NCBI GenBank assembly: GCA_030635055.1
Contig: DAOVZN010000001.1
Coordinates: 18,837 to 82,836 of the forward strand
Direction of reading: 5' to 3'
Length of the DNA stretch: 64,000 nt
Source: a bacterium
Lineage (GTDB): Bacteria; Patescibacteriota; Minisyncoccia; Minisyncoccales; JAGLPU01
Positions 1-9,041 of the stretch are shown piece after piece (position 1 is the first letter of the stretch; each line of letters begins with the position of its first letter). Position numbers and translations under genes: made by a program. The notes under the pieces are model-generated. The model was given only the letters and a program-made list of their open reading frames with translations, did not search any database and had not been told where the DNA came from.

Positions 1-450
1 AACATTAGTTATCATCCCGCCGCTAACCAAACATTCAGTGATAATGCTGAAAATTATAACTAAGCTACTGCTCTTAAGGCCTATCTTAGCGCCATCTATC
101 GGACGAGTGGAAAGATGGTAAAATACTTTTTTTAAAGCTTTCGTGGAAATATCAGGAGAAATATGGCCACCCTTGATGTTTTCATTTAAAATTTGAAATT
201 TTTCTAGTTTTTCTCTTATCCCTATAATTCTGAAAGCCCCGTGTTCCGCCAAAGTATGAATTTCGGCGATTAAAAGATAAAGCAAAAACGAAAAGATGAA
301 AACTGTTCTCGTCCCAGTCGCTTCAAAATCAGCCTGGCTGAGAATAAGAAAATAAGCAAAACCAGCACATAGCAATGCCCAAGCTGCGCAATAAAGGACT
401 AAAATTACGCTATAAGGAAGATTAGGAAATTTTCTTAAAAAATAATCCAT
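1..450 (-). CDS. partial CDS (first 150 codons; continues past window start): membrane protein, function unknown
   Basis: Minus-strand frame from ATG at 448-450 stays open to position 1; I checked every in-frame triplet and found no tta/cta/tca. It is absent from the ORF track because it runs off the edge. N-terminus MDYFLRKFPNLPYSVILVLYCAAWALLCAGFAYFLIL is hydrophobic. Confidence 0.45.
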   Translation of the reverse strand, partial: MDYFLRKFPNLPYSVILVLYCAAWALLCAGFAYFLILSQADFEATGTRTVFIFSFLLYLLIAEIHTLAEHGAFRIIGIREKLEKFQILNENIKGGHISPDISTKALKKVFYHLSTRPIDGAKIGLKSSSLVIIFSIITECLVSGGMITNV

Positions 451-495
451 ATTAAATTTTGACTTATCCAAAAATCTGTCTTGATGAAAGCAACT

Positions 496-2169
496 TTATT
501 GGATAATTCCTTGCTCTATACTAATTGTTTCATCGTCCGGCAAAGTAGTATCAATCGCTTCCGCCGTAATGCTAATAATATGCTCTGTCCACTGGTCTTC
601 TCCGAAAATTTCAACCTCATTCACTAGAATGGCTGTACTTCCTCTTTGGCTTTGTGTTGGAACTAAAGCAACTTGGAAGATACATGTCTTGTTCTGGCTG
701 AAAACCCCGGCTCCTATTTCTAAATCATCCACCTGCCAAACAATTTCCCTTGATTGGGAATCAAAGGCAAAACTGGAAGATTCTTCTTCTGGAGAAATCT
801 TGCCGGTCAATCTGACATTTTCCGGCAAAACAGCTTTAACTTTTACATTTTTTAATTCATTATGATAATTCTCGATCTGCCAAGTTATGGTATAGGTAGT
901 AAGACTATCCACTTTAGGAGGAATGGGCCCGTTATTTCCAAAAACATCATCATTGAAATATCCTTTCTGATTGATTACTAATTTTGAATTAATTTTAGTG
1001 GCAAACTCTTTGCGCGCTTGGCTCAAATAAATCTTATTTTTAACAAGCGGCTCTTTGTCTTGGATCGAGCCAACTCCCCATTCGTCTTTCAGGTTAATCC
1101 AAAATTCAACCTTTCCCTGTTCTTGCCCGTCTAAAAATCTAAGTTTAGGAATCTCGCTACCGTCCCAAATAATTGAATTATCTCCTAATTGAAATTTCCC
1201 CTCTGGCGCTTTTATTGAATAAAAATCAAAAGCTTCCCCTTCTAATTTTATAATCATTGCCAAATCCATCATTGTCTCTTCGCCAATATTTCTAAAAGAA
1301 ATTTCATAATGAAGCATATCTCCCGGATTGGCCACATACTCGGGATTGCCGTTGATCTGCTGGGATATATACAATGAAGGTTCAATAATCTCTACTCCCT
1401 TAGTAATTTCTTTTAATAGGATAAATTCTCCTTCCTGCCAAACTCCAAGTTTCGCCTTAAAGTTCTTCTGCTCTTTTAATTCTCCGGAAAGAGATCCCCA
1501 AATTTCAATTCTGCCTCCTTCGGCCCTATTTAGAAGAGGAATCTCCCATTCGGTTTGTTCCATTGACTCAGGAACTGATCTGGAAAATTCAAACCCGGAA
1601 GGATATTCAACGATACACCTTAAATCAGAAAGAGGATAATCAATATTGGAAGAATAATTCAATCTGAATTGTATATTCTTACCTGATTCAATTTTAGAAG
1701 GAAGGTCAAACTCAAAAACCAAAGGAACTTTTTCAATAACAGTGCTAAAGGTGGTGTCTGATTCATAACGGGCAGTTAAATCCTTTGGTCGATAGCTCAA
1801 CCATGCCTTAGCCTCTTTAATTTCACCTTCTTTTCCTAATAATCTTCCTTTAAAGCGAATAATTTTTTCTTCGCCTGGATAAATAGCTTCACCTAATTTT
1901 TCCGAACCAATTTCCTGGCGCAAAACTCCCCCTTCCACAAGAGAATACTTGGGATATTCAAAAATCAATTTCGGCTCTTCTAGCCTGATATTGCCGTTGT
2001 TTTTATATTTGATAATGTATTCAACTTCCTGGGCAAGCTCAGCTTTGTCTGAACTCAAAATTTCCAGTTTCAGGGTATCCCGAGAATAAATGTTTTTTGA
2101 GTAATAATAGTAGCCCGTAATGCCCACTATAACTGATAAAAGAATGATAAAAATTATAAGTTTTCTCAT
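496..2169 (-). CDS. membrane-anchored hypothetical protein with repeated beta-sandwich-like modules
   Basis: 557-aa ORF with an N-terminal TM helix (LIIFIILLSVIVGITGYYYY). Recurring segments of similar composition (..YxIxYxNxG.., ..WxI..L..) suggest repeated extracytoplasmic domains. No family recognised with certainty. Confidence 0.55.
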   Translation of the reverse strand: MRKLIIFIILLSVIVGITGYYYYSKNIYSRDTLKLEILSSDKAELAQEVEYIIKYKNNGNIRLEEPKLIFEYPKYSLVEGGVLRQEIGSEKLGEAIYPGEEKIIRFKGRLLGKEGEIKEAKAWLSYRPKDLTARYESDTTFSTVIEKVPLVFEFDLPSKIESGKNIQFRLNYSSNIDYPLSDLRCIVEYPSGFEFSRSVPESMEQTEWEIPLLNRAEGGRIEIWGSLSGELKEQKNFKAKLGVWQEGEFILLKEITKGVEIIEPSLYISQQINGNPEYVANPGDMLHYEISFRNIGEETMMDLAMIIKLEGEAFDFYSIKAPEGKFQLGDNSIIWDGSEIPKLRFLDGQEQGKVEFWINLKDEWGVGSIQDKEPLVKNKIYLSQARKEFATKINSKLVINQKGYFNDDVFGNNGPIPPKVDSLTTYTITWQIENYHNELKNVKVKAVLPENVRLTGKISPEEESSSFAFDSQSREIVWQVDDLEIGAGVFSQNKTCIFQVALVPTQSQRGSTAILVNEVEIFGEDQWTEHIISITAEAIDTTLPDDETISIEQGIIQ

Positions 2170-2171
2170 GG

Positions 2172-2876
2172 TTAAATTGTATTAGCTTTTAAAATATGAG
2201 CAAAATAATCTTCAGAAATAATAGCTAAAGATTTTTTATACTGATTATTTATTTTTAGTTTTGATAAAATTGTCCATCTTTTTTTAAAAAAGATTCGTAA
2301 TATTTTTATAGTCTCCGGAGAAATTTCCTTGCCTGCTTTTTGCATAGTAAAACAATCTTTGCAAATCACTCCTCCTCTGCCTGAATCAAAATACAAGTTT
2401 AAGGGAATAAGCTTTTTTTGACAGGAGACACAATGCCAAACTTCAGGTTGATACCCCAATATTGTCAATAAATTCCAAAAAAAATAATAGTAAACAATTT
2501 CCCTATTGTGTTCTAGTCTTTCAAAGGTTTCTATTGCTAAATTCCAAATCTTTTTGTCTTCCTCTTCTCCTTTCACTAAATCGTCCAGCGCTCGCGTAAT
2601 TTTATAAGCGATTTGCATCTGGGGCAAGCTTTTCCTAAATTTTCTGATTAAATCGGCATCAGTTAAAATCTTATGAGTTTTTCCTTGAATAAATTCAATT
2701 TCAGAATAATAGAAAATCTCTGCACCTGATTTCAGCTTTGATTTAATCTTGCGGATGGCTTTAGCTGTAACTTTAAGTTTTCCAAAATCTTTAGTATAGA
2801 CGGTAAAAACTTGATTTGTTTCCCCTTGATTGGTTTTTTTAAGAAACAGAGCTTTAGTCCTGTGGCGGGTAAACAT
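2172..2876 (-). CDS. recO: DNA repair protein RecO
   Basis: 234 aa. N-terminal OB-like segment (VFTVYTKDFGKLKVTAKAIRKIKSKL) and a C-terminal CxxC...CxxC zinc motif (CVSCQKK...CKDC), typical of RecO. Confidence 0.8.
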   Translation of the reverse strand: MFTRHRTKALFLKKTNQGETNQVFTVYTKDFGKLKVTAKAIRKIKSKLKSGAEIFYYSEIEFIQGKTHKILTDADLIRKFRKSLPQMQIAYKITRALDDLVKGEEEDKKIWNLAIETFERLEHNREIVYYYFFWNLLTILGYQPEVWHCVSCQKKLIPLNLYFDSGRGGVICKDCFTMQKAGKEISPETIKILRIFFKKRWTILSKLKINNQYKKSLAIISEDYFAHILKANTI

Positions 2877-2879
2877 AAT

Positions 2880-3491
2880 TTATAATTTTCTAACTTCCCC
2901 CACCTTCATCATGCTTAATCTTTTTTCCAGCATCTCTTTCTTGCTTAATTCTTCCAACAAACATTCCAAAAGCCATAAAGGATCCCCATGGCTGACAATC
3001 AAAATAGTCTTATTCTCATACTTATTATCTATTTCTTTTAAAAAATCTGTCATTCTTTTATAACAATCATTCCAACTCTCCCCTTCGGGCACGGCTTTAT
3101 CAAATTTTTCCTCCATATTTTTAAAATAGGCCCAAGCTTCCTGTTTTGTTTTTCCTTGGAAAATACCCCAATTATCATCTCTTAATCTTTCGTCGTAATT
3201 AATTTCTTTTATCCTTAATCTCTCGGCCACTATTTCGGCGCTTTGGCGCGTTCTCAAAATATCAGAGGAAAAAATAAGGTCAATGTTTTCTGACGCCAGT
3301 TTTTCTGCCGAAGCTTTGATTTGTTCTATCCCCACTGAATCAAGAACACAAGGAGGATCTTCGCTAATCCAATCGTAGACTATGTTTTCTTTCTCTGTTT
3401 GATGGATATTTCTTCCATGCCTCAGCATAAAATATGAATTTCGCAGCTTCTTCATTGTTATTAGAGTATCATTTTTGGAGCTACTTTTCAA
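2880..3491 (-). CDS. histidine phosphatase family protein (phosphoglycerate mutase-like)
   Basis: RHG motif near the N-terminus (MLRHGRNIHQ) and a C-terminal SHGDPLW motif, hallmarks of the histidine phosphatase superfamily. Confidence 0.75.
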   Translation of the reverse strand: MKSSSKNDTLITMKKLRNSYFMLRHGRNIHQTEKENIVYDWISEDPPCVLDSVGIEQIKASAEKLASENIDLIFSSDILRTRQSAEIVAERLRIKEINYDERLRDDNWGIFQGKTKQEAWAYFKNMEEKFDKAVPEGESWNDCYKRMTDFLKEIDNKYENKTILIVSHGDPLWLLECLLEELSKKEMLEKRLSMMKVGEVRKL

Positions 3492-3496
3492 ATCAG

Positions 3497-5209
3497 CTAC
3501 ATTTTTTTAGGAATGGAAATTCCTAAAAGTTTGAGGCAACTTTTTAAAACCTGGCCTACTGCCGCATTTAAGGCCAATCTGGTTTCTTTATTTTCAGATG
3601 ACAAAATCGGACATTGATTATAGAAAAGATTGTATTTTTGAGCTAAATCGTGAGCGAAATTACAAATCAAGTTTGGTGAAAAATTATCAGCCGCTAATTG
3701 AATTATTTCCGGAAATTTGTAAATAGTCTTCAGAATATTCTTTTCTGCTTCGTTTAAGCCAGTCAAGTTTACTTCTAATTTTTTAGCTTTTGCCTTTTTT
3801 GCCACGCTTTGGCATCTGACAACCGTATATTGCAAATAAGGGCCGGAATTACCATCCATACTTAATATTTTTTCCCAGCTAAAGATTATATCTCTGCTGT
3901 GATGCTGAGATAAATCATTGTATTTTATCGCTCCAATGCCAACTATCTCAGAAATTTCTTTTTTCTCTTTCTCTGAAAGCACGATATTCGCTTTTGCTGA
4001 TTCAATAATTTTCATGGCTCTGGATATTGCTTCCTGCAAGACTTCTTCTAAATGAATTGTCTGGCCCTTTCTGGTAGAAAATTTGCCGTGCTCCCAGCGA
4101 ATCATTCCATGAGCGACATGGACAAGTTTTTGTTTTTTTACCCAGCCCAAGCTCTTAACAGCTGAAAACAGCTGTTTCAAATGAAGATACTGGTCAGCGC
4201 CTATTTCATAAACAAAAATATCAGGACGCCAAGTCTTTAATCTATATTTAATTGTGGCTAAATCTCTGAGAAAATAAGTAGTGGCTTTGTCAGACTTCAG
4301 GATCATGGCCGGCGGCAATTCGTCATTGGCATATTTAATAACTATTGCCCCTTGGCTCTTAGCGCTAATTTTCTTTTTTGCCAATTCAGCAACAATTTTT
4401 TGCATTGGTTCTCCTCCATAAAAACTTTCTCCTAAAGCATAATCAATTTTTATTCCAAGCATCTTATAAATCCGATCAAATTCCTTTAAACTGGTGTCGA
4501 CACAGGCTTGCCAGATTGTTTTAGCTTCCTTATCTCCTTTTTCCAGTTTTTTAAAATAGCTTCTGGCTTCTTCCTCCATTTCCGGATAGGTTTCAGCTTC
4601 TTTATGAAATTCAACATAAAGCTTTTCTAGCTCGTTAATGCTCAGCTTTTTCCAATCTTTGGGCTTTATTTTCTTTTTTATCTGATAAATCAGCTTGCCG
4701 AATTGAGTTCCCCAATCCCCTAGATGATTGTCTCCGATGCATTTCCAGCCTAGAAACTGATAAATATTATAGAGTGCCTGACCAATAATAGTGGAACGCA
4801 AATGTCCGATGCCGAAAGGTTTGGCAATATTGGGAGCGGAATAATCAATCACTACTGTTTTTTTGCTCTGCTGGGAACCGTATTTGTCTTTTTGCCGCAG
4901 AATTACAGAAATCTCCTGTTGAAAAAACTCCATAGAAAGATAGAAATTAATAAAGCCGGAAACTGCTTCTATTTTTTCTACTGCTTTAGAAGGTTTAATT
5001 TTTGCGCAAATAGCTTCGGCTATTTCTTGAGGGTTTTTCTTGACTGTTTTAGCCAGCTTAAGAGCGATATTAACGGAATAATCGCCATTATTCTGCTTGT
5101 CCGGATGCTCAACCAGAACTTCCGGAATAACAAATTCCGGAAAAACTTTCTCTTTTTGGAGAGTCTTTATTGCTTTTTCTACTAATTTCGCTATATTTTC
5201 TTTAACCAT
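3497..5209 (-). CDS. argS: arginine--tRNA ligase
   Basis: 570 aa with a class I HIGH-type motif (PFGIGHLRSTIIGQ), typical ArgRS length and a C-terminal anticodon-binding region. Confidence 0.93.
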   Translation of the reverse strand: MVKENIAKLVEKAIKTLQKEKVFPEFVIPEVLVEHPDKQNNGDYSVNIALKLAKTVKKNPQEIAEAICAKIKPSKAVEKIEAVSGFINFYLSMEFFQQEISVILRQKDKYGSQQSKKTVVIDYSAPNIAKPFGIGHLRSTIIGQALYNIYQFLGWKCIGDNHLGDWGTQFGKLIYQIKKKIKPKDWKKLSINELEKLYVEFHKEAETYPEMEEEARSYFKKLEKGDKEAKTIWQACVDTSLKEFDRIYKMLGIKIDYALGESFYGGEPMQKIVAELAKKKISAKSQGAIVIKYANDELPPAMILKSDKATTYFLRDLATIKYRLKTWRPDIFVYEIGADQYLHLKQLFSAVKSLGWVKKQKLVHVAHGMIRWEHGKFSTRKGQTIHLEEVLQEAISRAMKIIESAKANIVLSEKEKKEISEIVGIGAIKYNDLSQHHSRDIIFSWEKILSMDGNSGPYLQYTVVRCQSVAKKAKAKKLEVNLTGLNEAEKNILKTIYKFPEIIQLAADNFSPNLICNFAHDLAQKYNLFYNQCPILSSENKETRLALNAAVGQVLKSCLKLLGISIPKKM

Positions 5210-5245
5210 GTTTATATCTTACCTTAATAATGCTATAAAATAAAT

Positions 5246-5695
5246 ATGAAAGCCTTATCTGAAAGCAAAAAAGCATATTTTGATTATCAAATCCTGGAAA
5301 AGTTCGAGGCTGGTTTGGTTTTGCTCGGCACGGAAGTAAAAGCAATTAAAACCGGAAAGATAAGCTTAAAAGGTTCATATATCATAATTGACAAAAATAA
5401 TGAAGTTCAGCTGACTGGCTGCCATATCCCCCCTTACCAGCCCGGCAATGCCCCGCTTGATTATAATCCGGAAAGATTACGCAAGCTATTGTTAAAGAAA
5501 AAAGAAATCATGTATCTTATCGGAAAATCAAGAGAAAAAGGCTTGACTTTAATCCCTTTAAGGGTATATAGTAAGAAAGGAAAAATAAAGATAGAATTCG
5601 GAATCGCTAAAGGAAAAAAGAAAGTGGACAAAAGAGAGGCAATCAAAAAGAAAGAATTCAGACGAAAGAAAGACAGGCTGTTGAAAGAATCATAA
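5246..5695 (+). CDS. smpB: SsrA-binding protein SmpB
   Basis: 149 aa. KKAYFDYQILEKFEAGLVLLGTEVKAIK and a basic C-terminal tail are characteristic of SmpB. It lies directly upstream of the tmRNA. Confidence 0.93.
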   Translation: MKALSESKKAYFDYQILEKFEAGLVLLGTEVKAIKTGKISLKGSYIIIDKNNEVQLTGCHIPPYQPGNAPLDYNPERLRKLLLKKKEIMYLIGKSREKGLTLIPLRVYSKKGKIKIEFGIAKGKKKVDKREAIKKKEFRRKKDRLLKES

Positions 5696-5696
5696 A

Positions 5697-6085
5697 GGGG
5701 GTGCCAGGCATCGACAGAAGTTCCTATTAAAATATGCAAGTCCAGCAATCTAAAATCTGGTAAAACTTTTAGAAACAAAATAAGTGCTAACTTATTTACA
5801 AAAGCTAAAAATACTGTTGTCAATGCTTTTGGCAGCGGCACGCTAGCTCCTGCTTGCGCCTAGCGCAGGCCATCTGCTTTATTGATTCTCAATAAATAAA
5901 ACCAGGTGTCAAAACATTGAGATAGATAATTTCTGTTTCTCCGAAAATTATTGAAAACTTTTAGAGGATAGGAATATTAAAATTTTGTCTGCTTCTTATT
6001 AATATTCCGAATTTCAAAACAGACTAAGCTTGTAGAAGTGTTTTAATGAAATTTTTGCACGCGAGTTCAATTCTCGCCATCTCCA
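5697..6085 (+). ncRNA. ssrA: tmRNA (ssrA)
   Basis: 5' GGGGGUG (5697-5703) pairs with 3' CAUCUCC (6078-6084), including a G3:U pair, followed by discriminator A. The T-arm is GCGAG-UUCAAUU-CUCGC (6061-6077). The 5' GGCAUCGAC motif is present. An internal tag frame runs from GCU (5804) to TAG (5861-5863). Starts 2 nt after the smpB stop. Confidence 0.8.
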
Positions 6086-6262
6086 CATTTTTTAGCTATC
6101 TTCTGTAAAATCAAGGCTTTCAAAAAAATCTTCAGCATAAAATAGCTGAGAAACAATATTTATTGTTCTTTTTTTAAAAAAACTTGCAATTTTCTTGTTT
6201 TTTTGATAACTTCTATCTATAAGCATTAATATATTAAAACAAACATTTTCAAAAGGACATTT

Positions 6263-6757
6263 ATCAATAATCAAATAAGGGCAAAGGAAGTCAGGTTGAT
6301 TGACGAAGAAGGAGAGCAAAAAGGCGTTATTGCATTGGGAGAAGCCCTGCAAATGGCTCAAGAACGCGGTTTGGATTTAATCCAAGTGACAGATAAAGTA
6401 GACCCTCCAGTTTGTAAAATAACAGACCATGGAAAATACCTTTATTCCCAGAAGAAGAAAGAGAGAAAGGCAAATAGCAAACAAAAAGTGAGCGAATTAA
6501 AAGTAGTAAGACTGACATTTAATATTTCTCAGCACGATATGGAAACCAGAGTGAGACAAGCGGAAAAATTTCTTACTAAAGGAGACAAAGTAAGGATAGA
6601 AATGAAGCTTAGAGGACGGGAAAGAGCATTAAAACAATTCGCCGAAGAAAAAATAAATAAATACTTAGAAGTTCTACGAGGTCTTGTTCCGATAAAAATT
6701 GAACAAGGATTAAAAAAACAGCCAAGAGGACTGACTATGATAGTCGCCAAAGAATAA
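6263..6757 (+). CDS. infC: translation initiation factor IF-3 (probable non-AUG start)
   Basis: The track ORF starts at TTG 6296, but the in-frame upstream sequence reads INNQIRAKEVRLIDEEG, the conserved IF-3 N-terminus. ATC at 6263 sits 5 nt after AAGGA (6253-6257). The rest matches the IF-3 C-domain. Confidence 0.8.
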   Translation: MNNQIRAKEVRLIDEEGEQKGVIALGEALQMAQERGLDLIQVTDKVDPPVCKITDHGKYLYSQKKKERKANSKQKVSELKVVRLTFNISQHDMETRVRQAEKFLTKGDKVRIEMKLRGRERALKQFAEEKINKYLEVLRGLVPIKIEQGLKKQPRGLTMIVAKE

Positions 6758-6760
6758 ATT

Positions 6761-6949
6761 ATGAAAACCCGCAAATCAATAACAAAACGATTCAAAATTA
6801 CCAGAACCGGAAAAGTTCTGCGCCGACTTTGCGGCCAGGACCACTGTTTAGCTAAAAAAACAGGCAACAGAAGAAGATTAGCGAGAAAATTAGTTTTGGT
6901 ATCTAAAGCAGAAGCAAAAAAAATTAAGAAACTATTACCAGGCTTATGA
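6761..6949 (+). CDS. rpmI: 50S ribosomal protein L35
   Basis: 62-aa basic protein (MKTRKSITKRFKITRTGKVLRR) in the canonical infC-rpmI-rplT order. Confidence 0.93.
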   Translation: MKTRKSITKRFKITRTGKVLRRLCGQDHCLAKKTGNRRRLARKLVLVSKAEAKKIKKLLPGL

Positions 6950-7293
6950 CACGAGTAAAACGAGGAACAATTGCAAATAAAAGAAGAAAAAATGTTTTAA
7001 AACACACTAAGGGTTTTTGCTGGGGACGAAAATCAAAGTTTAAGGCAGCCAAAGAAGCTTTACTCCATGCATGGACTTATGCTTATCGGGATCGAAAAGT
7101 AAAGAAAAGAACATTCCGCCAGCTTTGGCAGATTAGAATTAATGCTGCTTGCCGAGAACAAGGAATCACTTACAGCAGATTTATTGAAGCCTTGAAGAAA
7201 AATAAAATTGATATAGATAGAAAAGTATTATCCGAACTGGCAAAAGACCATCCGGAAATATTCACGAAAATAGTGGAAAAAGCAAAAGCCTAA
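6946..7293 (+). CDS. rplT: 50S ribosomal protein L20
   Basis: 115 aa, MTRVKRGTIANKRRKNVLK..; ATGA overlap with the rpmI stop. Confidence 0.93.
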   Translation: MTRVKRGTIANKRRKNVLKHTKGFCWGRKSKFKAAKEALLHAWTYAYRDRKVKKRTFRQLWQIRINAACREQGITYSRFIEALKKNKIDIDRKVLSELAKDHPEIFTKIVEKAKA

Positions 7294-7305
7294 TAAAAAA
7301 AAGAA

Positions 7306-7338
7306 AACTCCGTCCCGCTTAGCGGGACGGAGTTTTTA
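7306..7338. terminator. intrinsic terminator hairpin between convergent rplT and NUDIX genes
   Basis: CTCCGTCCCG-CTTAG-CGGGACGGAG (7308-7332), flanked by an A-run upstream and TTTTT downstream. Confidence 0.7.
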
Positions 7339-7346
7339 ATTCTTAG

Positions 7347-7787
7347 TTATTCCTTGTTTAAAGAGACCTCCTCATCAGCTTTTTTAAGAATTGTTTTGGC
7401 ATTGTCAAAAGTTAGTTGTTCTTGAGCTTCCTCGTAAGGAAGCCATTGATAACCAGTATGCTCAAAAGAAATCTTTATTTCTTTTGTTTTTGTTTCTGCT
7501 AAATAAAAAACAACTGTTTTAAAAACTATTTCTCCTTTTAATTTGAAAAAATACTTTATTTGTTCTTTAAAGCCAGAAATGAATTCTAATTCTTTAAGTC
7601 CGGTTTCCTCCTCAGCTTCCCTGCTAGCTGTTTCTATCGCCTCTTCCCCTTTTTCCATGTGGCCCTTGGAAAAATCCCAGTAATCTTTACTTGCTCGGGA
7701 GCTGGAGGGATAATGCAAAAGAAGATAATAAATATTATCTTCTTCCTTTCTAAAAATTATAACTCCAGCGGATTTTTCTGTAGGCAT
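7347..7787 (-). CDS. NUDIX hydrolase
   Basis: Nudix box GHMEKGEEAIETASREAEEETG. Confidence 0.85.
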   Translation of the reverse strand: MPTEKSAGVIIFRKEEDNIYYLLLHYPSSSRASKDYWDFSKGHMEKGEEAIETASREAEEETGLKELEFISGFKEQIKYFFKLKGEIVFKTVVFYLAETKTKEIKISFEHTGYQWLPYEEAQEQLTFDNAKTILKKADEEVSLNKE

Positions 7788-7790
7788 AAA

Positions 7791-9041
7791 TTATTTCTTA
7801 AAAGGATTTTTTAATTTTTCTTCCATTTTTTTTAGTTCTTCTTTTAATTCTATCATTTTTAATTCCCTGCCGACTGTAAGTTTATACCACTTATTTAATT
7901 CTCTTATCCTCTCTTGAAGCTCTTCTGTTTTTATTTCCAGCTGAGTTGTTTTGGCGTTTAGCCGCCTCAACATTTGATTAAAAGATGTTGCCAGTTTTTC
8001 TATCTCGTCTCCGGTTTTAACGACAATTTCAGTGTCTGTGCCTTGTTTAACTCCTATCTCTGACACTTTTTCAGTTAATTTTTTTAAAGGAGTGGTAATT
8101 TTCCCGGATAAAGAAAAGGCAGCCAATATAACAGAAATAATAATTAATAATAATAGAAGTAAAAATTGATTCCTGATACTTAAAGGAGCGGCTAAAACTT
8201 CAGGCAAAGACTGGTTAGACACCACTATCCAATCTATCGTTCCTAAAGAAGAATAAACAATGATCCTGTCTGGATTTTCCGGAGGATGAAAAATAACTCC
8301 ATGGGAATATTTTTGTTTTAAAAGCTCTGCTGACATTTTCTCTTCAATATTTTGAAACTGCAGGATTAACTCCTTTTCCGGATGAGTGACAATAATCCCT
8401 TTTCTATTGATAGTAAAAAAGCTGTTTGTTCCTTCCATTTTTATTTGATTGGTCAACTGAAGAATTCCCTCTAATTTTATATCCGCTTTAACAATAAAAG
8501 ATACTTCTCCTTGCTCGTCAAACACAGGCACAGCGATTATTATCACAGGTTCTCCGGTAGATTCAGATATTGAAATATCCGAAGAAAAAAAAGTTTTTTT
8601 CTTTTGAATAACTTCTTGAAAAAAAAGCTGATCGAAATAATCATACCCTAAATAATCTTCTTCTAACGGATAAATTGTTTTGACTGATCCTTTATCACTT
8701 AAAACAGTAAATGCTTCAAAGGGACTAGCTTCAAAAATAGTATCCAGCCCATCGTAATAAATAGTATAATTTGCATAATAAGAATCGAGTAATAAATCTA
8801 TTCTTTCTTTGTCGAAATCAACCATTTCCGGAAGCGATGCTAGGGATTCCATAGATTTCAAAATAGTCTCAAAATAAGTATCTATTTGCCAGCCTATTTG
8901 TCTGGTCGAGGAAATACTCTCTTCTAAGGCCGCTTCTCTAACAATATCAAAAATTTTGTTTACTATAAAAACACCGAAAGCGGTTATCGGAACTACACTG
9001 ACTAATAAAAAACTTGCTATAATTTTCTTAAATAAGCTCAT
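7791..9041 (-). CDS. membrane sensor protein: extracytoplasmic Cache-like domain, HAMP-like linker, C-terminal coiled coil, no recognisable output enzyme
   Basis: N-terminal TM, a roughly 260-aa periplasmic-type region, a second TM (LLLLLLIIISVILAAFSL), a HAMP-like segment (ITTPLKKLTEKVSEIG...IEKLATSFNQMLRRL), then a coiled coil ending in VGRELKMIELKEELKK. Confidence 0.6.
   Translation of the reverse strand: MSLFKKIIASFLLVSVVPITAFGVFIVNKIFDIVREAALEESISSTRQIGWQIDTYFETILKSMESLASLPEMVDFDKERIDLLLDSYYANYTIYYDGLDTIFEASPFEAFTVLSDKGSVKTIYPLEEDYLGYDYFDQLFFQEVIQKKKTFFSSDISISESTGEPVIIIAVPVFDEQGEVSFIVKADIKLEGILQLTNQIKMEGTNSFFTINRKGIIVTHPEKELILQFQNIEEKMSAELLKQKYSHGVIFHPPENPDRIIVYSSLGTIDWIVVSNQSLPEVLAAPLSIRNQFLLLLLLIIISVILAAFSLSGKITTPLKKLTEKVSEIGVKQGTDTEIVVKTGDEIEKLATSFNQMLRRLNAKTTQLEIKTEELQERIRELNKWYKLTVGRELKMIELKEELKKMEEKLKNPFKK

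Noticed and set aside
5461-5841. 126-aa minus-strand ORF, and the 89-aa ORF at 6092-6361.
   Set aside because: The first overlaps the smpB 3' end and the tmRNA gene. The second overlaps the infC 5' region and the spacer upstream of it. Both are explained by the better-supported features.
6946-6949. Possibility of an alternative genetic code (UGA = Gly, as in some CPR lineages).
   Set aside because: TGA ends rpmI exactly at the conserved C-terminus and overlaps the rplT ATG (ATGA). Several other genes also end in TGA at sensible lengths, so the standard code fits.
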